64,000 bases of DNA from Sminthopsis crassicaudata (lineage: Eukaryota), in contig NC_133620.1 of assembly GCF_048593235.1 (NCBI RefSeq), positions 373,517,261 through 373,581,260 of the forward strand. Direction: 5' to 3'. Shown piece after piece: positions 55,170 through 64,000 of the stretch. Position 1 is the stretch's first letter. Every line of letters begins with the position of its first letter. The notes beneath the pieces were generated by a model that was given only the letters and a program-made list of their open reading frames with translations, searched no databases and was not told the DNA's origin. A program made the translations under genes and the position numbers.

Positions 55170-58100
55170 TTACAGGTTAGCAGAAGTGGCCACTGGATTC
55201 ACGTAAGAGAGGCTGTTGCCACCATTTCCAGGAGAGATCTGAGTAGGGAGGAAGGAACATGTGTGTGTTACATTTTTAAGGGGTACTGGAAAGAGGTGCT
55301 GGGGAAGGGCATGGTGCCCCCAGTATCCCCCTTGGTGGAGAAGTGCTGGGATGAGGGTAGCAGGGTCCCTACACACTCCCCTACAGGGTTAACACAGACG
55401 GAGCACCTGCCTGGGGCCCCACCAACAGCCCCAAGCGACTGTAAACATCGTCTTTCCCTCCCTCTTCCCTCTGCTCAGCTCTTAGCCTTAGTCTTCCCAC
55501 CCCCACCCTCTTATCTCGAGCTCCTTTAATTCCCTCCTCCCCCAAGAGGGGGACCAGACAAAGAGCTGAAAGGCCGGAGGAGTGGGCCACATAACTAGGA
55601 GAGAGTAGGGAAGAGTCTCCCTTCCCCCATCCTAAGTTTTAGCCCAAGGTGGAGAATGGTAATTATTTACCAAGTGGCCTGAGCCTGATGGAGGGAGGGA
55701 GAGGAAAGGGGAGCATGTGGGGAAAATAGAAAAATCTGCCTCTGGCCCTTCTGGGAATTGCCGCCACCCCCCCCTTCATCTAACCCCGATTGGGTTTTCC
55801 TGTCTTCCCACCAAAAACAAACCAAAAACTAAAACCAAACATAAAACCAAAATGTTTGCCCCTCTCCCCTAAGCATTTGCAAATTTACCATTCACGGTAC
55901 CATCCTTGTAGCCCTGGAGGGACTAGTTCCTCCCCCCACCCCTCAGGTGCAGAAACCACCATTCTGCCCTCTGGGCACCCGGTCAGTTGCCTAGATAAAT
56001 GCCAAGTCTGTTGAGCCATGAAGTGCTTGGTGCAAGCACCATGGGCACCCAGTGTCCCTGGCACCCTCCCGAGGGAATGAAGGGGAAGGGAGGTGGTCAC
56101 TGACTCCCTGAACTCCCTTCTTCCTTACTTCCTGGACCGTCCACTCCCAGGCCCTCCAGGCCCCTTTTCAATCCTTCTCCCCGGTGCCCGCCCTCTCCAT
56201 CCAGCAGTGACTATGCTCCTGTGTTCCACAGTGCCCACTTCTCTTTGGTGTCTGTTTGAAATCCTTCAGATTCTCTCAGTACACTGTGATGTCTATGCTC
56301 TGGCAAGCCCACTTCTCTGTGCCCATTGGGCACTGAATATATCCTGAGTCCCTTTACTCCATTCTTAGGTCCCAATCACACTTGCCTTCCCAGTGCCCAC
56401 TGAGTATAAATTCACCTCTTCGTAGGGACTGCGCTTGGTGTTGCCTGGGGGCACATATCGTCCATGGGTATGATAAGGGGGGTACTCGTTCATGGGATGA
56501 TAAGAATCTTGAGATGGGAAGATATCCAGCTGTCCACAATGTTTCCGGCGGAAGTGAGATACCCCCTGGAGTGGTGGAGATAAAGGCAAAGGGGAACAGT
56601 GACTCATGGCTAGGGAACCAAGATGGGGGAGGACCCAAATATCTGAGCTGGACAAAGCACTTACCAGAGCAGCAAAGTGGAAAATTGCCAAAGCGAGCAG
56701 GATACAGACTATCACAAGCAAAGCAATGGCATAGCCAGGCACAGCAGAGTCAGTAGATGAGGCTTCAGAATTCCACTCACGGACTAGATGGGAAGAGTTG
56801 GAGTGTAAAGGAATCTCCCAGAATGCTGTGTCCCCATCTTTTTTTAAGACCCCTGCTTCCCTCCCATCGAAGGGAAAGGTATTCTGGAAAACTGTACTTA
56901 GGTCCAAGGAGACCCAAAATTGTGGGGCAATTAACCAAACCTGGAAATATGCATTTTTGGCTTTGAAACAGAATTGGAGTAAAGGAAAATCCCAGGGTGT
57001 TGTGTCCCCATCTTCTATAAGGCCCCTGCTTCCTTCCCACAAAAGGGAAAGGAGATCTGGGAGAGTGTGCACTTAGATTGAAGGAGAGACCCAAAAGTAT
57101 GGGACAATAACCAAACCTGGAAATATGGATTCCTGGCTTAGGAGCAGACTATTTGGGGGAAGACTCCAAGTTCTCAGAGAGTGCCTGAGTAATGACCCTG
57201 GCAGAGATGGGGCAGGGGGAGGCAGTAGGAAAGACACCTTACTTACCAATTATATGTGATGGTGAAATAGTCAGGTTGTAGAGGTAACTTTTCTTCAGAT
57301 TTTCAGCAAACAGTTCCTGTACTTGATTGGATGTGATGCTGCCCTCTTGGAAGACCACAGTACAGTCTGTAATCACAGAGCCCTTTCTGGGCACAGGGAG
57401 ATTTGCACCTAAGTCCTGTAGGTTCTAGCTCCTGGTTCAGAATACTTTTCCCTCCTTCTGGAATTGGTACTCTTTCCCATATCTAAGCTGGTGTCCCATC
57501 CACCCTCAACACCACCCACATCTGTAAACTGGTACCTGAATCGGAGCAGGTAAAAAGTCACAAATGCCTTGTCTTTGTAGATCTGCTGCAACTGGGAAAA
57601 GAGAAGGAGAAAGAAGGATAGCCAGGATGTCAGAGGATTAAATGGCTATTTAGAGGTGAGGAAAATAGTCTGATTTCCCCACCCAAAGGGGAGAGGGTGG
57701 TACCTACCAGACCCTTGATAGAATTCTTCAATTCTTGATAGTAGAAAGAGCTGGGATTTTCCAGAGAAGAATTAAACTGCCGATTGGTGATGAAGAATGA
57801 GAGGAAAAACATGGAACTCTCATCAATGACAACTGGGCGGTAATGGGTACTTTGGCTGATTGTAATGGGTTGGGATGTGGAGCTGTGATTATTCTCAGGG
57901 GCAGGTGTGACTTTCTGATGAAGGGTTGAAGAAATACTCTTCTGAGTACCAGTTGTTGCTGTAATGATTTGGGTGTTTTTTGTAGCTATGGTGACATGAT
58001 GATTAGTGGGTATAATGGAAGTGTGATAGTTAGGGGGTGCAGATGTATTGCTATAGTGAACAAGGGTTGTGGTGGAGGTGTGATGGTCAGGAGGTGCAGA

Positions 58101-60340
58101 TGTGTTGCTATGGTGACCAGGGGTTATGGGGGAGGTGTGATGGTCAGGGGCTACTACTGATGTGGGACTATACTGCCTGTAGGTTGTTGAGGAGCTGTGA
58201 CTGTCAGTTGTGATGCTAGGGTGACCAGAGGGTGTGTTGGAGCTGTGACTCTCAGGACGTTCAGTTGTGATGCTAGGGGGACCAGAGGATGTGGAGGAGC
58301 TGTGACTCTCAGGACGTTCGGTTGTGATGCTAGGGGGACCAGAGGATGTGGAGGAGCTGTGACTCTCAGGACGTTCGGTTGTGATGCTAGGGTGACCAGA
58401 GGGTGTGTTGGAGCTGTGACTCTCAGGACGTTCAGTTGTGATGCTAGGGTGACCAGAGGATGTGGAGGAGCTGTGACTCTCAGGACGTTCGGTTGTGATG
58501 CTAGGGTGACCAGAGGATGTGGAGGAGCTGTGACTCTCAGGACGTTCGGTTGTGATGCTAGGGTGACCAGAGGATGTGGAGGAGCTGTGACTCTCAGGAC
58601 GTTCGGTTGTGATGCTAGGGTGACCAGAGGGTGTGTTGGAGCTGTGACTCTCAGGACGTTCGGTTGTGATGCTAGGGGGACCAGAGGATGTGGAGGAGCT
58701 GTGACTCTCAGGACGTTCGGTTGTGATGCTAGGGGGACCAGAGGATGTGGAGGAGCTGTGGCTCTCAGGACGTTCGGTTGTGATGCTAGGGTGACCAGAG
58801 GATGTGGAGGAGCTGTGACTCTCAGGACGTTCGGTTGTGATGCTAGGGTGACCAGAGGATGTGGAGGAGCTGTGACTCTCAGGACGTTCGGTTGTGATGC
58901 TAGGGTGACCAGAGGATGTGGAGGAGCTGTGGCTCTCAGGACGTTCGGTTGTGATGCTAGGGTGACCAGAGGATGTGGAGGAGCTGTGGCTCTCAGGACG
59001 TTCGGTTGTGATGCTAGGGTGACCAGAGGATGTGGAGGAGCTGTGACTCTCAGGATGTTCGGTTGTGATGCTAGGGTGACCAGAGGATGTGGAGGAGCTG
59101 TGACTCTCAGGACGTTCGGTTGTGATGCTAGGGGGACCAGAGAATGTAGAGGAGCTGTGACTCTCAGGACGTTCGGTTGTGATGCTAGGGGGACCAGAGG
59201 ATGTGGAGGAGCTGTGACTCTCAGGGGGACCAGAGGATGTGGAGGAGCTGTGACTCTCAGGACGTTCGGTTGTGATGCTAGGGTGACCAGAGGGTGTGTT
59301 GAAGCTGTGACTCTCAGGACGTTCGGTTGTGATGCTAGGGGGACCAGAGGATGTGGAGGAGCTGTGACTCTCAGGACGTTCGGTTGTGATGCTAGGGTGA
59401 CCAGAGGATGTGGAGGAGCTGTGACTCTCAGGACGTTCGGTTGTGATGCTAGGGTGACCAGAGGGTGTGTTGAAGCTGTGACTCTCAGGACGTTCGGTTG
59501 TGATGCTAGGGGGACCAGAGGATGTGGAGGAGCTGTGACTCTCAGGACGTTCGGTTGTGATGCTAGGGTGACCAGAGGATGTGGAGGAGCTGTGACTCTC
59601 AGGACGTTCGGTTGTGATGCTAGGGGGACCAGAGGGTGTGTTGCTGCTTCTGTTGCTGCTGGTTCTGTCTGCAGCTGTAGTTGTAATTGCTGTGCCAGAG
59701 ATGTTGTGGAGGATAGCTATAAGAAGTTAGAGACACTAGGTTAAGCTGGAGTCCAAACTAATCAGGGAGAAACAACAGACCCAGAGAGATTTGGGCAGAA
59801 AGTAAAAGGAAGAAATTTTAGGAAGGGTGTGGGTGTGAGTGGAGAAAGCCCAAAGACACCAGATACTACTTCACCTTCCTTGGCTCCATTGCTGGCCCAT
59901 AACTTCCCTCTCTGGTTTCTGCTTCTAGTTTTCTTCCATTATTGCTGTTCCTCCTCTCCAACTTCCATATTTGCCACACCTCTCCTGCCTGGTCCCCCAA
60001 AAAATATTCTAGGTAAATCAACCAGGATTCCTCACTGCCCACTGCCTAGTCTTTCCAGCAAGGCCCCTTCTCAGTCTCTGGTCTCTGTGACCCTTTCTTT
60101 TCCTTCCTGTGCTTTTGCCCCAACTTAGGGGCCCCCAGATCACCCTCACACCAGGATTCCTCCTTCTTTAGCTCCTTCGGCAGAGATAAAAGAAAAACAA
60201 AACCCTAGCCCAGAGGCAAAAAACAAAAACAAAAACGGTCCGAGCCCAGCCACCCCTTCCCCGTCTGATTTTCCTCTGCCCTCACCTGTAGGTAACACGA
60301 ACAGAACAAGGACCAGGGTGGGTTGGATGCCCGGGGTCAT
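55170..60340 (-). CDS. MUC1: Mucin-1, transmembrane SEA-domain mucin, 865 aa in this allele
   Basis: Exons (minus) 60340-60286, 59716-57708, 57591-57536, 57386-57247, 56783-56665, 56565-56416, 55238-55170 total 2598 nt. Signal peptide [18 protein letters not shown]; S/T-rich repeats; SEA domain [27 protein letters not shown]...KGSVIT; [23 protein letters not shown]; tail [25 protein letters not shown]...RSPYE...[17 protein letters not shown]. Confidence 0.93.
56798..57149. repeat. Diverged 176-bp tandem duplication in MUC1 intron 4
   Basis: aaccaaacctggaaatatg occurs at 56933 and 57109; ttggagt..aaagga..tccca..tgtgtccccatctt occurs at 56798 and 56974. Confidence 0.85.
58190..59650 (-). repeat. 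MUC1 coding VNTR: ~26 units of 57 bp (19 aa [19 protein letters not shown]), one unit lacking 21 bp
   Basis: + strand unit gtgactctcaggacgttcggttgtgatgctagggtgaccagaggatgtggaggagct. Frame fixed by continuity with the SEA domain (codon phase matches at 59591 and 57812). Confidence 0.95.
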
Positions 60341-60423
60341 GGTGGTAACCAACGGAGAAGAGTACGGAGCAGGCAGAGCCGGGTTCTGCCCCAAAGGCTG
60401 GGTCGGGCTCTGGAGCCCGCTGC

Positions 60424-60491
60424 TTTATACCGGTCCTCTGCCAGAGGCCCCGACAGCCCCAACAGGTGACAGGTGACACAACCCCGCCCCC
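60424..60491 (-). promoter_or_regulatory. MUC1 core promoter: TATA box, tandem E-boxes, GC box
   Basis: Minus strand GGGGGCGGGG (60491-60482), TGTCACCTGTCACCTG (CAGGTG at 60463-68 and 60470-75) and GACCGGTATAAAGC (TATAAA 60429-60424). Confidence 0.85.
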
Positions 60492-61162
60492 CCTTCGCAA
60501 TCCCTCCTCCCCTTCTACCTTTCCTCCTCCTCCCCACACATTCCTGACCCCTCGGGTGCACTGGGCTCCAGGTCGCTCAACTCTCTGAGTCTGTTCTCCA
60601 CCTGGCGTCATCTCTCATCTCCTTTCCCTCCCTCCACATAGAGGGGAGCCTGGCTACTTGGAACCCAGATCTTCTTTTTGGAGCCCGGGGCAATGTCTGG
60701 GCTGAGGAAAATGGAACGGAGATGAAATAGGTTCGGTTAGTAGCTCTGGAACCACAAGGGTTCAGGACTGCAGACACCAGAGCATCTTCCAGCCCCTAGA
60801 GTCCCTGATTGCCTGGGATACAGGCCTTTCCCAGGATCCCCCCCCTCCTTGTTGGGCCCTCAGCAGAAATGAAAGTTGAGTTTGGAATAGCTATCCTCCG
60901 TTTCCCGAAACAGCCTCACCCATTGCCAGCCCCTCCCAGTTCGTTCTGCACGGTAGATCGGGCCCGAAACTCGACAGTCCCCGCCCCAGGGTGGGTTTTT
61001 CTGTATGCCTGGGTGCTTTCTGGATTTTCTCATGGGTGTGTGCGTGCATGGAGGGGGGGAGGAAAGTTGAGAGGGGGGTAGGAAGGAGGAAGTAATAAAC
61101 AGGGTAAGATCTTTGGGGTCTCTCTACGCCCATCCTCCAACTGCGCGCACCTGAAGTCTATT

Positions 61163-61179
61163 CTGCCCCCTAGTGGTCA
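61163..61179 (-). promoter_or_regulatory. CTCF motif upstream of MUC1
   Basis: Minus strand TGACCACTAGGGGGCAG fits the CTCF core consensus without mismatch. Confidence 0.7.
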
Positions 61180-62639
61180 CCTGTAGCCCTTCAAGGATTA
61201 GGGAAGGAGCTTGTTGGTAGCTAGGTGGAGAGAGGAGCCGGCGAGTGGAGGGCGAAGGTCTGCTGAGGAAAGTGGGGAACTGGAGACACAGTAGAAGGGC
61301 AACCCGGGGCATGGGAGAAGTACCTAACGGTGCATACACCACCACCAGAGTGAGAGGCTAGAGAGACCTGAGGGCAGATCTGTACATAGTCACTAACTTC
61401 ATCTCTGAGATTCTATTTCCTCTTTTATAACATGGGGGTTATATTTTCACTTCTTTGTTGTTGGCGTTTGCTTGCTTTTTGTTTTATTTCTCATTTTTTT
61501 CTTTTTTGATCTGATTTTTCTTGTGCAGTAAGAAATATATAGAAGAATTGCACATGTTTAACATATATTGGATTACTGGCCATCTAGAGAAGGGGGTGGA
61601 GGGAAGAGAGGGAGAAAAAAAATTGGGAGCACAAGGTTTTACAAGGTTGAATGTTAAAAACTATTTATGCATGTGTTTTGAAAATAAAAAAGCTTTATAA
61701 GAAAAAATATATAATGTGGGGAATAACAATCCCTGTTATCCAGTTTGTGGGTTTGTTTTGAAAAGCAAATCAGATAATGTGTATGTATAAAAGGTTTATT
61801 AGAGAAAGCCTATAAATTGTGATATCAGTGTCAGCTATTATTATAATTATTTTAGTATTCCATTTTTATCCTTGTAAAAGAGGAAGGAAAAAAAAACACC
61901 AAATTTAGAGCAAAAAAAGGATTTCAGAAGCTATGTAGCCGGAAGGCAAGGGGAGGACTTAATCATTTTTATAGTATCCACAATGTGCCAGGCACTGTGC
62001 TAAGCATTTTTTAAAAACAAATATCTCATTTGATACAATCCTGCTAGGTAGATGCTATTTTTATCTAATGCAAATGCTCATTTTTTTCAGGAACTGATAC
62101 CCAGAAAAGTGAAATGAATTGTTCACATAGGTAATGAGGAACAGAGTCAGCATCAGTGTTATGTTTTGCCATATTCCCTTTACACATATTTTGATAAGAT
62201 TTACATCAAACATCAAGCAATGATAAAAGATCAACTCTGTGTCAAGTATTGTGCTAGGTGCTGGAAATACTATGAAAAAAGTAAAATAGTCCTTGACCTC
62301 AAAGAACTTCCGTTCATATTAAAAAAGCAACATAGAGAATCACAGAATTCAAGAACTGGAAAAGTTCTTGGCAGTCATCAATCCTACCAATGCTGGAACA
62401 AAATCTTCTCTATAACACACAAACAGTAGCTGTCCAGCTTCTCTACTCACAACTGTCTAATGGGGAACAACCCACTGTCTCTTTAGGTTGTTCATTTCCC
62501 TTTTGGACAGTTCTACTTATGGGAAGATTTCCTGACATGTAGCCTAAATTGTCTTATTTATACATTCCATTCATTAGTGGGTCTTCACATTCTCTGAGGC
62601 CAACAATTAATAAATCTAATCTTTTCAGGTTAGGGATGA

Positions 62640-63700
62640 CATTTTAAATACTACAAATATATTCCAGTAGATAAGTGGCCAAACTAGAGACACAGACAGT
62701 TCTCAAGGAAAAAAATGATAGCTGTCAAACATCATAAGAGAAATGCAAATTAAAATAACTCAGAGGTTTTACCTCATACCCATCAGATCAATAAAGATGA
62801 TAAATAAGAAAAATGATGATTATTTGAAGAAATACACCTGAAAACATGCGTATACTAATTCACTATGAGTGGAGATGTAAGTTGGTCCAATCATTTTGGA
62901 AAACAATCTGGAACTATAACCCCAAAGTCACTAAACTGTATATATTCTTCAGCCCACAATACCACTATTGGGATTATACCCCAAAGAAATCTAAGAAAAC
63001 TAATCCTATATACAAACATATTTATAGCAATACTTTTCTGTTACAGGCAAGAAGAATTGGAAAGAAAGAGGATGTTAATCAATTGGGAAGTGGCTACACA
63101 AATGTAATAGGTTCTGTATCCCAAGGAAATCATAAAGGAGGGAAAAGAACCCACATGTGCAAAAATGTTTGTAGTAGCTCTTTTTGGGAGAGCAAAAAAA
63201 AAAACAGGAAAATGAGTAGATACCCATCAATTGGAGAATGGTTGAACAAGTTAAGGTATATAAAGGTAATGAGATACTATTGTTCTATAAGAAATGATGA
63301 ACAAGCTAACTTTAGATAGTGTTGGAAAGATTTACACGAACTGATGCTGCTCAAAAAAAGCAGAATCAGGTATACATTGTATACAACAACAGCAAGAATG
63401 TATCATGATCGGCTATGAAAGATTTGGTTCTTATCAGTGATTCACTGATCCAAAGCAATCCCAATAAACTTTAGACAAAATATTACCTGCATCCAGAAAA
63501 AGAACTAAGGAGACTAATGTAAACCAACACATACTATGTTTACTTCTTTTTTGTTGTTTTGTTTGTTTTTTAATCTCTCCCATGCTTTTTCTGTTTTGGT
63601 CTGATTTTTCTCTCCCAACATGATTCATAAAGCAATATGTGTTTAAAAATAATTAAATAAATAAAGGGAAGAGGAAGAACATGAAAAAAAAAATGTAATG
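62640..63700 (+). mobile_element. Nested old L1 3' fragments
   Basis: L1 ORF2-like residues (EMQIKITQRFYL.PIRS; MCKNVCSSSF; YPSIGEWLNKL). A younger piece at ~63109-63690 is flanked by aaatgtaat (63100-63108 and 63691-63699). Confidence 0.7.
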
Positions 63701-64000
63701 GAATATTACTGTGCTGTAAGAATTGGGGAAAAAAGGGATTCAAGGAAATCCAGGAACAACTTTTATAGACTTCTGTAGTATAGAATATTGGATAGATTGC
63801 CAGACCTGTTAGCAAGATCTGAATTCAAATACCACCTCAGACATTTTCAGCTATTTGACTGTGGACATATTATTTAACCTATTTGTGCCTTGATTTCCTC
63901 ATCTGTTAATATGAATATATTACACTGGATGACTTTTATTTAAGAGCCCTTCTAGCTCTAAACCTATGATTGTGAGCAGAACTAAGAGAACCATTTAAAT

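Noticed and set aside
56784-57072. Upstream part of the 235-aa minus-strand ORF as a novel MUC1 N-terminus
   Set aside because: It starts at GTG inside the intron-4 tandem duplication. A canonical acceptor at 56784 explains the real exon.
58190-59650. Regularly spaced direct repeats suggestive of a CRISPR array
   Set aside because: The units are contiguous with no unique spacers, the DNA is mammalian, and the array is in frame within a mucin exon.
58197-59744. 515-aa + strand Cys/Arg/Gly-rich repeat ORF
   Set aside because: It is the antisense frame of the MUC1 VNTR. A 57-bp unit without a stop in that frame keeps it open automatically. It starts at GTG and has no supporting promoter or splice structure.
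60500-64000. MIR92B, which lies upstream of MUC1 in human
   Set aside because: I could not find the mature sequence TATTGCACTCGTCCC or its reverse complement. It probably lies beyond the window.

Overview
This is eukaryotic DNA from a marsupial, most likely an Australian dasyurid (inferred from WSINE1/MAR1-type SINEs and marsupial-type L1 3' ends). It is syntenic with human 1q22. Gene order: EFNA1 (+, last four coding exons; exon 1 lies upstream of the window), SLC50A1 (+, 221 aa), DPM3 (-, 92 aa), a ~24 kb repeat-rich spacer, KRTCAP2 (-, 136 aa), TRIM46 (+, 759 aa) and MUC1 (-, 865 aa). I built all exon models by hand from GT/AG boundaries, frame continuity and protein similarity recalled from the human orthologues. 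No database search was run. Most notable: (1) a decayed Ty3/Gypsy reverse-transcriptase fossil at ~29.4-30.05 kb that the ORF track misses; (2) a 38-nt frameshifting TRIM46 poison exon with a GC donor; (3) a candidate alternative TRIM46 first exon next to an RFX X-box; (4) a U12-type intron in KRTCAP2; (5) a MUC1 with a lineage-specific 57-bp/19-aa VNTR, no juxtamembrane CQC motif and a stop-free, frame-preserving intron 5; (6) an OC1-like hAT MITE and stacked retroposon insertions at one site. The 515-aa + strand ORF at 58197-59744 is only the antisense shadow of the MUC1 VNTR.
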